Positions 1 to 40,343 are shown, counted from the stretch's first letter. The stretch: DNA of 64,000 nucleotides from Macrostomum lignano (GCA_002269645.1 NIVC01001121.1:124001-188000), one strand, 5' to 3'. Program-made: numbers and translations. Notes: generated from the sequence alone by a model not told the origin.

Positions 1-1067
1 GGCGTGTGTTCTCTTGACCCCCCCCCTCTGTGGCAAGCTTTTTCTACGTTGTCTCGTAAATTCCAGTTCAAAGCTACATGCTGCTTTGCGTGTTTCTCAT
101 CGATTTCCCTACTCGTTCATGCTGAGTCACGATTATTGGTTTAGATGCAACTATAGTCTTTTGTTAAGAGATTTTAACTTTTTTATTTAAATGATCTATT
201 CGAAGGATTTACTTAAATCCTTTATTTTATAGGTTTATTATTTTGGTTTGTTTTACTCAATGGGTTAATTTAAACGTTGAATTCAAATGATTTTTGTTTT
301 AAGAATTTTATTAAATGGTGGAAATAAAATGAAACGTTCTTTGAACGGTTTAATTAAACGGTTTATTTAGCGAATCTATTCGATTCCGATTTACAGTCGA
401 AAAACAAGGTCATTTCTTTCCGTTTGTCCGTAGACTGGCACGGATTTAAAATATAAAATCGAATTACTACGCTTGTATGAATAAAAATCACAGTTGGGTA
501 GCACAAGCTTGGACCGCTCTAGTGGTAAATATAAGTGGTGTGAAATTTAAAATAATATTGAATTGAATATCAGGCTTTTAATTTGGCGAAGGAAGACGCA
601 GATACTAAATATACTACTGATAGCTATAGTAAGCAATTGGTGTGTCTAACGTCGTTTTAACCAGATGCAAGAACTGAGCTTTATTTACAAAATAGGGGTG
701 TTTTTTGCTTTTATGAGGCTTCAAAAATTTTTTGAAGCATTTCAAAGCCTCGGTCATAGCGTTATTTGTTTTAGTTCTGCTTTTGCATCCGAACGATTAA
801 GCTGGAGTAAATAAATCAAATTACCTGTATCGAATGAGTTGTGATCAACAATAAAACGAGCCGATAAAAATATTACAGTCAAGCAATTTACTACGCATAC
901 TACTCAAGCCGCGTGAAGCAGCTAATAGACGCTCGTATTCCCAAGCAAAATGAGCAAATTTAGATTCAAAATGGGTGAATAATATGGTAAACGGTTTCAG
1001 TCACAGCTACACGAAAGTTACACACCAATAGCTGGTATATTAGTCAATGTTGCGATGGTAAGCAGGC

Positions 1068-28042
<26,975 letters not shown>

Positions 28043-28992
28043 GCCCCGCTATTTAGTCAGCTGTTCTGGAAGCAAATCTTACAAAGAGACCTGCTTGTCT
28101 CTTAAAGCGAAATTCCAATAAAACTTTAAATCAAATAAAAGCTTCTGATTTGAAACGTTGTACTGAGCCTCACAAACTATAGTAAGCTTGTAGCACCTGA
28201 CTGAGAGGGCTTTGAGACAGATTTTCTCACGCTTATATACAATAAGTGGCGGTGAGGCTGATGGATGGGCCAGGAGGGGTGGAGGAAATGCCAACCTAAA
28301 TAAGTGCGCGCACAAGCACAAGTGGACACCAGCTGCATCTGGAATGGCTGGCTGTGCTAGTGCCTAAAAATAGCATGCAGTGTGCGACCAGTAGGACAAT
28401 GCGTCTATATGTTCTGAGTCTATTGAGTCCGCACCTTTCTCTCTCTCCCCTCCCTTTCTCTCCGCCATCATTTTGAGTGGGCTTCATCTATTCTCTACCA
28501 TGCTTGATTGAGGCGGCATACTGCAGAGTCTGGGCGTAACCCTCGCCTTTGAAACACATGCAGCAACGTTCTCCATGGCGGCTGGGCAGAATGATAAGTG
28601 AGTGATGCCAGCCAAAGACAAATAACGCTTAAAAATATGAGCTGCAGGGCGCCCCCTGTCTGCTGCAACTAAAAATATTCTGGAGTGCGACGGGTGCGCA
28701 GGAACTGGGCGGGACCCCTCCAACGACAGTAACTGAATTTCACCTTGTTGAAAAAGTTTATTTTAATGCCTGCAGTGCATTCTTAAATACGAGAGGGCTA
28801 CAATTCACGGCATTGTCTCTGACTAAGTTTAACGATCTGTTAGATACTCGCTTTACCTGTTAGGTACAGGCTTTACCTGTTAGATACTCGCTTTACCTGA
28901 TAGAACTCTATTTACCTGTTAGATACAGACTAAAACCATTAGATACCGGCTTTACCTGTAAGATACATGCTTTAGCAGGCTTTATCTTTGAG

Positions 28993-29500
28993 GACACTGA
29001 CATCACCTGATGGACACTGACATCACCTTTTAGACACTGACATCACCTTTTAGACACTAACATCACCTTTTAGACACTGACATCACCTGTTAGACACTGA
29101 CATCACCTTTTAGACACTGACATCACCTTTTAGACACTGACATCACCTTTGAGACACTGACATCACCTTTTAGACACTGACATCACCTTTTAGACACTGA
29201 CATCACCTGTTAGACACTGGCAATCCACCTGTTAGGCACTGGCAATCCACCTGTTAGACACTGGTAATCCACCTGTTAGATATTGGCAATCCGCCTGTTA
29301 GACACTGGTAATCCACCTGTTAGACACTGGCAATCCACCTGTTAGACACTGGCAATCCACCTGTTAGACACTGGTAATCCACCTGTTAGAAACTGGTAAT
29401 CCACCTGTTAGATACTGGCAATCCACCTGTTAGACACTGGTAATCTACCTGTTAGACACTGGTAATCCACCTGTTAGACACTGGTAATTTACATGTTAGA
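28993..29500. repeat. Adjacent minisatellites: 20-bp GACACTGACATCACCT(T/G)TTA (28993-29212) and 22-bp GACACTGG(C/T)AATCCACCTGTTA (29213-29500)
   Basis: Directly visible. Confidence 0.9.
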
Positions 29501-30188
29501 CAACAACCAACAACCATTTTTTATTAATGAATAATGAAACCTCACCAATGAGTGTCATGAGTGCTTTTTTAGTGCTATACTAAAATATTCTAAAAGGACA
29601 CGTTGATAACACAATCAAAATTTGTGTTGATTTTTCAACAGTCTAACTACCTTTTGTGGGTTTTTTAGTCCACCATGACATTCTAGCATCATTAATATGA
29701 TTAATAACTATGCCAACTAACTTTCTGGACTCTGGGTAACCTATGTACACACACACACCGACAGACAGAGGCTGGAATTAAGGTTTGAGGCATCGAGCTT
29801 AAGCAAACAATCCTGCTTGAGTTTGCAGACTCATTCGTCTTCTGCTTTTGTCATGAGATCGTCAACTATGGAATAATGAGAATAAGCTGCACATTTGGGA
29901 GGCTCATAGAAAAGTTCATTCGAATCATTTTCTAAAACTTATTCGTCTCTCCGTCTGAGAACCACTTCAGACTTTTGTGACGTTAATTAATTGTTAGGAA
30001 AGAATTTTGGGCAGCGCGAAGGTGGTTGAAAGTTTTTAAGGTAGTTCGCATTTGTTATAATATGCTGCTTTATCTAGAACTTTGGTCTCTAAAGTGCAAA
30101 TAATGTTTTTAATATGGAGTGAACTGGGTAGACAGAGCCATTATAGCTCTCTAGACACGATATCACTTCCTGTTAGTCTGAGTCTGAT

Positions 30189-30597
30189 AGGTAAGTCAGT
30201 GATTAACAGGTAATGTCAGTGACTAATAATTAATGTCAGTGACTAATAAGTAATGTCAGTGACTAATAAGTAATGTCAGTGACTAATAAGTAATGTCAGT
30301 AATTAATAAGTAATGTCAGTAATTAACAGGTAATGTCAGTGATTAACAGATAATGTCAGTGATTAACAGGTAATGTCAGTGATTAACAGGTAATGTCAGT
30401 GACTGATGGGTAATGTCAGTGATTAACAGGTAATGTCAGTGATTAACAGGTAATGTCAGTGACTAATAGGTAATGTCAGTGACTAATAAGTAATGTCAGT
30501 GACTAATAAGTAATGTCAGTGACTGATGGGTAATGTCAGTGACTAATAAGTATTGTCAGTGACTAATAAGTAATGTCAGTGACTAATAAGTAATGTC
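30189..30597. repeat. 20-bp minisatellite TAATGTCAGTGA(C/T)TAA(TAAG/CAGG), about 20 copies
   Basis: Directly visible. The reverse complement resembles the 28993 array unit. Confidence 0.9.
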
Positions 30598-31032
30598 CGA
30601 ATGTTAGAATCTGTATAAGTGAATTTTTTATGAAGGAGTATTTCTGAGAAATTCCGAAGCAGTTTCTACTTTGATACTTGGAGAATTTTGATTCTGATTC
30701 TATCTTGATCTATAACCCCAGCCCACTCGCTCCTCTCTAGCTGTCTGTCTGTCTTCTGCCCCCACACTGTGCTCTGCTGCGGTTGATAACGGGGTGCTCA
30801 CTTGTGCGTACTCAACTGGCAGCACGGACAGGGGTCTCTAGCCAAGCTCTTCTCTGCTCAAGTTGGATTTGTACATCGAATGCACCTGCCGTACTGACAG
30901 ACTAGGTGGTGTACGCAGAAGCTCACAGGACAGACGAATTGACTATGAGCTTTTGAAGCAGGTATTAGAGAGCGGAAATGAAAGTTCTGAGCCAAGCATT
31001 TTGTGACAAATTTAATTTTTGTGCCAGCTAAC

Positions 31033-34000
31033 ATGGAGCGGTTAAGACTGATATTTGTGACGAAATCTGATCCTGATTGTGGGAATTATAACACTGCATT
31101 GAGAATTTGGTGAGTTACTAAATCTTTTCTCATTTAGTCAGTGTCTCACCTGGTCAGTGTCTAACCTGGTCAGTGTCTCACGTAGTCAGAGTCTCACCTG
31201 GTCAGTGTCTCACCTGGTCAGAGTCTCACCCGGTCAGTGTCTCATCTGGTCAGAGTCTCACCTGGTCAGAGGCTCACCTGGTGAGAGTCTCACCTGGTCA
31301 GAGGCTCACCTGGTCAGAGTCTCACCTGGTCAGAGTCTCACCTGGTAAGAGTCTCACCTGGTCAGAGTCTCACCTGGTCAGAGTCTCACCTGGTCAGTGT
31401 CTCACCTGGTCAGTGTCTCACCTGGTCAGTGTCTCACCTGGTCAGAGGCTCACCTGGTCAGTGTCTCACCTGGTCAGTGTCTCACCTGGTCAGAGGCTCA
31501 CCTGGTCAGAGGCTCACCTGGTCAGAGGCTCACCTGGTCAGAGGCTCACCTGGTGAGAGGCTCACCTGGTCAGAGTACCCTTGATCAAAACTTTAAGCAC
31601 CTGATATGCTGACAGCTGATGTACCACTATTATCTTTTATCCGGCATCAAATCAGTTCCCGCTCGCTCTCAAACTCTCAAGTCAAGGTCTGGTCTCGATT
31701 CGTCCAACCTGGAGCTATCGGATCGTATCGACCACTGCAGACACTCTGGAAGATCCTACAAGTGCAGATGTACTATTGTGCCTGCACCTGTACCGGTGCG
31801 CCAGCCTACTAGGCCAGGGTGGCAACCTTAGTGAAAAGAATCTGAAACTGATTGGCATAGCAGGAGGAACAGACTTAAACGAAGACTCAAAGCAGCCCGA
31901 CAGACGAGCTGTGATGCAAAATTTTGCTCTAAATTGCAGGTAAAGTCAGTTTCAGATGTACCTTACCTGTATCAATATCTACGATTTGGGTAATTGAATT
32001 TACACGTAAAAGGCTTTGATATTTGCAGGCACATCGTGGTCTTTTCGGAGTCAATGCTGCAGTTTTTCAAACAGTTGGTGAGCAACCAGTCCATATGAAT
32101 GCAAATGCACATGTGCATGAATCTATGGAAACAGCTCAGACCGTGCGCTTTATGAAAGTTCCAGGTTACCAAGTGCCTGTGCTTCATCCAAAATGGGTTT
32201 GCGCAGAGTCAAGCAGAAGCGCTTCCCCCAGTCAGATAGAGCTTTCGAACAGTAGCTTTGGCGAGCTGGTGCTGGCGCCCCTGGTGCAAAAACCCATGGT
32301 GCTGGCGCCCCTGGTTCCGGCACCCCTGGTGCTGGCGCCCCTGGTTCCGGCGCCCCTGGTGCAAAAACCCGTGGTGCTGGCACCCCTGGTGCTGGCGCCC
32401 CTGGTGCTGGCACCCCTGGTGCTGGCGCCCCTGGTTCCGGCGCCCCTGGTGCTGGCACCCCTGGTGCTGGTACCCCTAGTGCTGGCACCCCTGGTGCTGG
32501 CGCCCCTGGTTCCGGCACCCCTGGTGCTGGCGCCCCTGGTTCCGGCACCCCTGGTGCTGGCGCCCCTGGTTCCGGCGCCCCTGGTGCAAAAGCGCCCCTG
32601 GTGCTGGCACCCCTGGTGCTGGCACCCCTGGTGCTGGCGCCCCTGGTTCCGGTGCCCCTGGTGCTGGCACCCCTGGTGCTGGTACCCCTAGTGCTGGCAC
32701 CCCTGGTGCAAAAACCCGTGCTAAAGTCCCTGGCGCTAAATCCCCCTCCAATCAAGTTGCGCCCCTCAAATAAGATGGCGCCCCTCCAATCAAGTGGCGC
32801 CACTCAAATAAAATACTCGTAGCACTTCACATAGTCGTGCCCCTTCCAATGAAAAATCCTGCTACAGTAAGTGTACATCCGGTATCTGTCTGACGAGCAT
32901 CCGTGCTGCGGTTCAGCCTGTAATTAGCGCCAATCTACTAATACAGGTTACTGACAACAGCAAAACCCAGCTCAGTCCTCTGCATGGCATAACAATGATC
33001 GACAATAAAGCACTTTAAATCCATGACTTGACACTGTTGAACCGTCTTCCAAAGATGTCTGAAGACTTCGGCAGCGTCGCGGAGACCAACCTCCCGCCAG
33101 TGTCAATAATTCCCCAGGGAATTTCCATCTCGTCACTGCAGCGCGATCTACATGTAGAGGAACTGGGAGATGCTGATGATGAGGCTCCAGGTCATTGCGG
33201 TGCCTATTTTATCATAGTCGGCCGGATTCGGCCGGTGAAAAACTGCTGCTCGGTCCTGGAGCCGTTCCGCCAGTGGAAGCTGGAACAGTGCGATGAAGCC
33301 AGGCCATCCCGAGTTCAATTATTATTTGTCGGAGATATTGTAGGTGCTGCTGTATTTACTTAACTACTGACATGAATGCAAATCATATACTACTGATAGT
33401 AGTGCAAAAATTAGAAAAATATTTTTTGTCTTATCTTTCGAAGTCGTCTATTTCTGTTTTTCTTACCTTCTAGGAGGACTCAAAATATGGCGAAGAATTC
33501 CAAGCAAGAGTTCAAGAGTAAGTTTTTAAATGATACGCTCGTGTTGATAAGTGATCGACTTAGGGTGCATTTCACCCGTTATGGACTTGAATTTGACCTT
33601 CCAGCATGCCTGATGTGCATCAGCTGCGCGGTGTTGGGCACAGACAGGCGCTTCGGATAATGCACCAGTCTCTCGGCCTCATCAACTGCTCACTAAGCGA
33701 GGGCCAATCAAATTCTGTTCTCGAGGTGCGGGAGATTCGATAGTTGAATGTTATTATGCAACCGAAGCTACTCAAGCTCTTAACTACCCAAGCTCGAAAC
33801 TACCCAAGCTCGAAGCTACTCAAGCTCGAAACTACCCAAGCTCGAAACTACCCAAGCTCGAAACTACCCAAGCTCGAAACTACCCAAGCTCGAAACTACC
33901 CAAGCTCGAAACTAACCAAGCTCGAAACTACCCAAGCTCGAAACTACCCAAGCTCGAAGCTACTCAAGCTCGAAACTACCCAAGCTCGAAACTACCCAAG

Positions 34001-35016
34001 CTCGAAACTACCCAAGCTCGAAGCTACTCAAGCTCGAAACTACCCAAGCTCGAAACTACCCAAGCTCGAAACTACCCAAGCTCGAAACTACCCAAGCTCG
34101 AAACTACCCAAGCTCGAAACTAACCAAGCTCGAAGCTACTCAAGCTCGAAACTAACCAAGCTCGAAGCTACTCAAGCTCGAAACTACCCAAGCTCGAAAC
34201 TACCCAAGCTCGAAACTAACCAAGCTCGAAGCTACTCAAGCTCGAAACTAACCAAGCTCGAAGCTACTCAAGCTCGAAACTACCCAAGCTCGAAACTACC
34301 CAAGCTCGAAACTAAACAAGCTCGAAGCTACTCAAGCTCGAAGCTACTCAAGCTCGAAACTACTCAAGCTCGAAACTACCCAAGCTCGAAACTACCCAAG
34401 CTCGAAACTAAACAAGCTCGAAGCTACTCAAGCTCGAAACTACTCAAGCTCGAAACTACCAAGCTCGAAACTACCAAGCTCGAAACTCGAAACTACACAC
34501 TCTTAAAGCTGCTCCCAAGCCGAAAACGAATCCCATGCGTAAAATGCTTCAAACTTGAAGTCTGTCCATATCCGTCTCAAAAAACCTTGCATTTCCAGGC
34601 CATGTCTCTGGGTGTGCCAACAATAGTAAGCGCAGTGCCTGGCAACACGGACCTGGTCAAACACCTGAAGACCGGATTTGTATTTGGAAACGACGAGGTT
34701 GGTATATTTTCGGCGATTTCAATATTGAATGAAAAAACGCACTATTGAACAACGTACATGTTGTCCTTTATCGAGAACACGTATGGACACTTTTTTCTTA
34801 GAAAACGTTGGATTCTTTGGATTCTGGCAATACGACCTACTTTTTTTACAGCCTTACGCTTACTTTTTCCAAAAACCAATGCAGCAACTCATCAGATGCC
34901 TCTCACTGGTTGCATCCGAGATCAAGGCTGACCAAGCTCTGGTCCAATCCGTCACTGAATCAGCCAAGCTGTTTGTCCAACGAAGTCACGACATCGATGC
35001 GGAGCTGAAGGCGTAA
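31033..35016 (+). CDS. GLT1D1: GLT1D1-like GT-B glycosyltransferase; exons 31033-31109, 31682-31939, 32029-32077, 33055-33339, 33474-33517, 33605-33725, 34599-34697, 34885-35016
   Basis: Manual splicing with compatible phases gives MERLRLIFVTKSDPDCGNYNTALRI..., LLCLHLYRC, GIAGGTDLNED, RHIVVFSESM, IIPQGI, GRIRPVKN, INCSLSEGQSNSVLEAMSLGVPTIVSAVPGN. These are collinear with recalled GLT1D1 motifs (GNAVTAQRV, LHLYRG, GGTDVNED, SEGMSAAILEAM). The exon 2 acceptor and the last exon boundaries are less certain. Confidence 0.85.
31138..31575. repeat. 16-bp minisatellite GTCAG(T/A)G(T/G)CTCACCTG, about 27 copies (GLT1D1 intron 1)
   Basis: Directly visible. Confidence 0.92.
32262..32715. repeat. 15-bp GC-rich minisatellite CTGGTGCTGGC(A/G)CCC, about 30 copies (GLT1D1 intron 3)
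   Basis: Directly visible. Confidence 0.92.
33760..34490. repeat. 16-bp minisatellite CAAGCTCGAAACTACC, about 45 copies (GLT1D1 intron 6)
   Basis: Directly visible. Confidence 0.95.
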
Positions 35017-35104
35017 GTTGAGCTTATTGAAGACTGCGTTCGGTGAAAATCTGGAATGATCGAACACTGAAGGGCTGGAGGTTTGGGGCATTTACTCGAA
35101 GAGT

Positions 35105-35250
35105 TGAGGGGTTGTGGACACCCACAGCAGAGTCTAAGAAGGGTTGTGAATGGATGCCCACAGCAGAGTCTACTATGAGGGTTGCGGATACCCACAGCGG
35201 AGTCTATATGTGGTTTTAGACGCCAACAGCAGAGTCTATGTGGTTGTGGA
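35105..35250. repeat. Short degenerate array (CCCACAGCAGAGTCT...GGGTTGTG), about 4 copies
   Basis: Repeated CACAGC(A/G)GAGTCTA motif downstream of the GLT1D1 stop. Confidence 0.6.
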
Positions 35251-36770
35251 CTATATCATTGCAAAATTACTACGTCACCGCAGTTTTAAAGTATAGCACC
35301 GCTTGCATGGTAAAAAATGAGTTGGTTATTTATTGCGCATGCCAAAGAAATACTTTTTTTAACTTTACGCGTGCATTAACTACACTTCAAAGTGCATGTG
35401 CTATGTATTTTTGATTTTCTTGTTGTTGCTTTTCCACATTAATTTTGTATGTTAACGTTATGCCTGCCGAATGACGGTATAACAGAATTTTAGAGAGTTT
35501 TTTTGTAGAATTGTAGTTGAAAATCCAGATCAACGAATAGCCTGGCCAACTGCATCACAGAAGGACGCTGCCATTCGATTTTCATAGAAATGATCGTGGT
35601 TAACAATATCTTTAAATAATTTTTTTTTTAGAACAAATCAGTCACACTAATATACATGTATTAAACTCGATGTAGACAACCGATAGCGCTAAATGGGCCG
35701 GGTTTAATTGACATTAGACAAGAGGATTCTTGAGAGGAAAATCGAATGTAGCATCCTTCGACTTCTGTCGCCTGATTTGATTAGCGATTAGTAGCCAATA
35801 CATGTGAAGTAAGCTTTTATTCACAAACATCATGATATTACAAACTGTATAAGACAGTCAGAATGCACTCTTTAATTGAGGTCATTCCAAATATATAAAG
35901 GCCACGAAAACGTCTTTCAACAGAAACTCTCCTTTCTTTTTCATTATTTTTTTCAACAATAACTAGACTTTCTACCGCGAGAATCTACAGAAGTAGATTT
36001 ACTGAGTTGACCTTGCATGTTCTGTTAACGTAACTGCAACAGCAGAAAATTTTAGTAGAAAATTTTCGCAAATTTATATTTTCCTGGGGTTTTAATATTT
36101 TAAAAACAATAGCAGAAAAGTTAAAAAAGCAATTTTGTTCAAACAGTGACCGATAAACAAACTTAAAAATTTCTAGGAACTTTATTAGTACAAATAAGCC
36201 TACTACGCCTATGTATAACTGTAATGCAGGGGTTGGAAAACTTTTAGACTACCTCGGCTCAAGGGCCAGATAAAGAATCCAGTGCATAACTGCGAGCCAG
36301 AGAAGGGAAGAGAGAAGAGAAAAGGAGAAATAAGAGAATTAAGACGAGAGGAGAGAGAGAGTCTCTTTTTCAAAAGCAAGACTGAACTTCTGAAGTAATT
36401 CAAGTTTGGTTGATAAAATATTTCTGATTTTCTGAAAAAAAATTTCTGACACTCAGGCCCTGAGTCAGGAGTGCCCAAAATGACAAAAAACTACAATTTT
36501 TTGGCCTAGTGGTAAGCAGTGTAAGCACTAGCAGTAAGGCAACCTTCAGTCAGTCAAATCCCCTATGCAAGATATAAAATTTTGAGTAGGGCCCTAAGTA
36601 ATTATTATTATTTTTTAGCTTGATTAGCCTACTTTCTTTAAATAAATCTGGTTTAAATAAGGGCCTAGAATCATAATTTATTCTATATTATTATTCGTGT
36701 CAGGGGTCCATGAGTTTGATTTGATTGCAGGTATTTTGCTTACACTTTTGCACAAATATTGCTTGCTAAA

Positions 36771-37338
36771 GAATTGGGCAATCCTTCTGTACCCCCCCAT
36801 AAATTCAGGAAAGTAGTTTTTTGAAAGAAAACGATAGGCCTAATAGAAGTAAGGTGGCACTTTTATCTTTTATTCCTCGTATAGCATTGTTATTATGTGT
36901 GTGTACATTTATTTAAATATTATGAATTTAAATTGATTATACTATACTTTACTGTACCAGACTGTACTTTTTGTTTCATTTTCAATTTTGGAGTTCATTT
37001 GGAAACATCTTTTTGGTGCCAACATGTTCCGAAACCTGATTTAGACCTACTGAATCTGGCATTACTATCCTTGCTAATAGACTGCTCTACTATCTATCTA
37101 CTATCTGTGCTAATATAAGATAAAAAAGGCTATCCTGCATTTTTGTTCGTTTAATTCCAACACCCACCCCCCACCACCCTTGAATAGAGGGCGAAATAAT
37201 TCCGGAAATAATTTAATGAACGAAAATGCAGGATAGCCGATAAAAATGCCATCTGGCACTTTACTTCTATTATTGTTTTCTTTTGAAAAAACTGCTTTCC
37301 TAAATTTATGGGAGGGTATAGAAAGATTGCCTAGAATT
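36771..37338. mobile_element. Foldback/MITE-like non-autonomous element with about 100-bp imperfect inverted arms
   Basis: 36771-36868 is the approximate reverse complement of 37239-37338. Inner inverted pair: 37128 GGCTATCCTGCATTTT and ...AAAATGCAGGATAGCC ending at 37238. Confidence 0.6.
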
Positions 37339-37588
37339 GGTTGCTTTTCAAAGATTTCTTTTAAGAATTGCTTACCTTATCTAGATTCTAGGCCTATGAT
37401 TGCTTGCTAAAAATTATTTGCCAAAGATTATTTGCAAGAAAATTGTTTGCTGAGCAATTGCTTGCCAAGGATTGCTAGCTACATATTATAATTATAAGCC
37501 CCATTTTAATTGCTAAAGCTTGTTTAGGCCTAGTTAATTGATTAGGCCTAATTCATTTATATTATTAATTATTAATTCATCAGTATGA

Positions 37589-38185
37589 CCATAGTCAGGA
37601 TGATGTACATTACGCTGGAAATTTCCGGCATACAATTGAAAATTTAACTTTTTTTTGGCGTACAATTGGCGTAAAAAAATGAGGCAAAATATATTTGGCA
37701 TACCTTTTGGCGTGACGCCATGGCGTAAATATGCCAAGCAGCGTATACCAACTCCAACCTTCACGCCAAAGTTAATATTAACAATTGTTGGCATAACACC
37801 ATAACCTCAGAATCTTATTATAAAATCATAAATACTATAAAACTCATAAGATGAAAGATCATAACTATTCATGATTTATAAAAATTTAAAATTCCACACA
37901 AACTAATTGTGTTAATTTTCTAAAAAAAACTTAAACAAAAAATTGATTTTTGTTGGCATTATCTGTAACTGTAAGCCAATTTACTTTAAAGGAAAACCAC
38001 ACATTTGTTAAATTTTTATTGTTAAAAAATGTGTAACAGGCAAAAAAGGTAATTTATTGTCACAAAGCCTAGAAAACCTGGCATAAGTTCCTAGGAACTT
38101 GGCGTACATTTCAGTATGAAGTGGCATAGATTTTTTTAGGGGACTTTTTATTCCGGTGTATACCATGACATGATCCTGACTATGG
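37589..38185. mobile_element. Putative TIR-bounded non-autonomous DNA element
   Basis: Left end CCATAGTCAGGATGATGT. Right end ACATGATCCTGACTATGG, whose reverse complement is CCATAGTCAGGATCATGT. No clear TSD seen. Confidence 0.45.
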
Positions 38186-40343
38186 ATTTATAATGGCTTT
38201 TGTCTCAATTAGGCTTATTTAAAATTAAACTTTGTACAATATATACATATCACTAGCTTAATAAGGAAAGAAGACAAAAAATGGGTAAGGCCTGACGCCT
38301 GACTAGGCCTATAAAAATTTAGATCAAACATTATTATATATTGTGAATATAAACAATATAATCTTAGATCACAGGATCCTTAGATTAGACCTAAAGCCTT
38401 GCCCCATTAGAATAAATTTCTTAAAGTCTATAGATAAAAGCCAAGCATCACCCATTTTATATACCAAATATACTAAGCATAATATATACTTTGTACACTA
38501 AATATCCTACAAAGAATTAGGAATATTGCATTAGGCCCATACCATAGGCATAGTCCGGATCATATTGGGTGCATACCTAAACAAAAATTGAATAATTACA
38601 AATGCATGCCAAAAAATTGAGTGCATGTCTATTCTTAAATCTCAAAACTATATTAGTGTTGCAACAATAAATGACATTTTTTTACATAATAACAATAAAA
38701 GATCTTTTTTAAATTAAATAATAGACTTTTTTGGCATAAAATTTGATGAAATTTTCTGCTTTTTTGGTGATATTATTTATAGTGGAAAATTTATACATGC
38801 AAAGATTTGTTTGAATGCATTTAAATGCAAATTAGTACTAAACCACACTCAGGAAAGTTACTATATGCCAGAATTTTCTGGCATACCATTGAAGAGTTGG
38901 GCTATTTTGGTGTACCACTTTGGTGTACCACTTTAAGCTTGAGAAATTTTTGGCATACCACTTTGAGCTTAAGAAACTTTTGAAACACCCATTGCAATAA
39001 TTTTTATTTTACAAAACTACGAGCTGTATATGCACATTTTAATGACAGCAGAAGTTTCAAAAAATTCCATTTTCATTTACAATACTAATGGTGCTTTCCA
39101 ATATAAAGTTTTAAAAACTTTTTTGTTTTTAAATTCATTAGTAATAATAGTTTTGCTTATTGTAAGATGTTATAGAAAAGTTTTTGTTTAATTAAAGAAC
39201 ATTTTTTGGAAAATTTAGAAAATGTAAGGTTTCTGAATGTGGTTTAACTTTATATGATAGATTTTTGCGATGTAAAAGTGGCATTGTTTGAAATCCATGT
39301 TGCAACAGCAAAAGGGTCCTTGAATTGTTGCAAAAGCTGCAAAAAAGGTCTTTCATTGTTGTAAGCGCAAATTGCAAAAAGGTCTTTTACTATTGCAACT
39401 GCAAAAAAGGTGGCGTACCTTTTTAATGAGAGGCATTTTTTTCTGGTGTACCATGCTGCACCATCCAAACTATGGGTACTAAATAGCTAATAAACAATAA
39501 ATTTAGTTTAAACAAATTGATTATCAAAAAACTTAAAAATAGTTCTAATATCTTAAGATCATAAGATAGCAATTCACAATCATGCATGTATTATCTCTAA
39601 ACTTATATTGACCATATGGTTTAGTTTTGCAACAAAAAATTAAAATAAGTCAATAGATAATCAAATTTTGTCACAAAATTATCTGAGTCATCAATTTGGC
39701 AACTTGTTCATAGTCTACTGCAATTGATTTGATAAGGCTTGCTAGCATGCATACGCGTATACTTGTATATACTCGTACGTACGCGCATACTTGTACATAT
39801 GCGCATGCATGCTTGCAATGAATTGTTAAAACTATAAATGCCAAAAAATATATAAAAAAATTTTTTTACATAAAATATCTTTATGAAAAGTATTGTCTGC
39901 AAAGTATAATTTATATTTTTACAATTCTCTTTCTGCCAATTACATATTGATCTTATAACTAGTAAAAGAACAGAATGATATAACATATTTGATTAAAAAT
40001 GTAGTGCATCTTGGTTGATATTTAACATTTTTTAAACCTTGCAATAAGGATATGAAAAACATAGCTTAAGTATTATAACAAACTAAAAAGTTGCATTGTA
40101 TCAAGTAGATTGAATAATTTTGTAACCACAATATACAAGTGTATACTGAATAATTAAAATGAATATTAATTTTCCATTGCTGCTGTCACGTGCAAGGCTA
40201 AAAAAACAAGCGCCTTCATTCTTAGTTCTTAGCAAGTTCACCTATAATCATCAAGCACATTTGCAGAATCCATTGTACTGTTACACTAGACGATTCCTTT
40301 TCTTGAAAAAGCTAAAAAATAGAGCCACTATTCTATAAAGATA

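Noticed and set aside
29760-30960. Possible extra small gene or exons between ABCA and GLT1D1 (short open frames near 29.8-29.95 kb and 30.75-30.96 kb; ATG...GTGAGT at about 28575-28600)
   Set aside because: No recognisable homology or consistent exon chain. They could be UTR exons but cannot be supported from sequence alone.
32023-32822. Pro-rich, extensin- or elastin-like ORFs (PLVLA, PGAPA)
   Set aside because: Stop-free 15-bp array open in several frames on both strands. It lies within GLT1D1 intron 3.
33744-34748. 334-aa repetitive ORF
   Set aside because: Mostly the 16-bp intronic array. Only 34599-34697 is exon.
35700-35815. Candidate non-coding first exon of CNOT6 ending at GTAAGC (about 35809)
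   Set aside because: Donor-like motif only. It needs transcript evidence.
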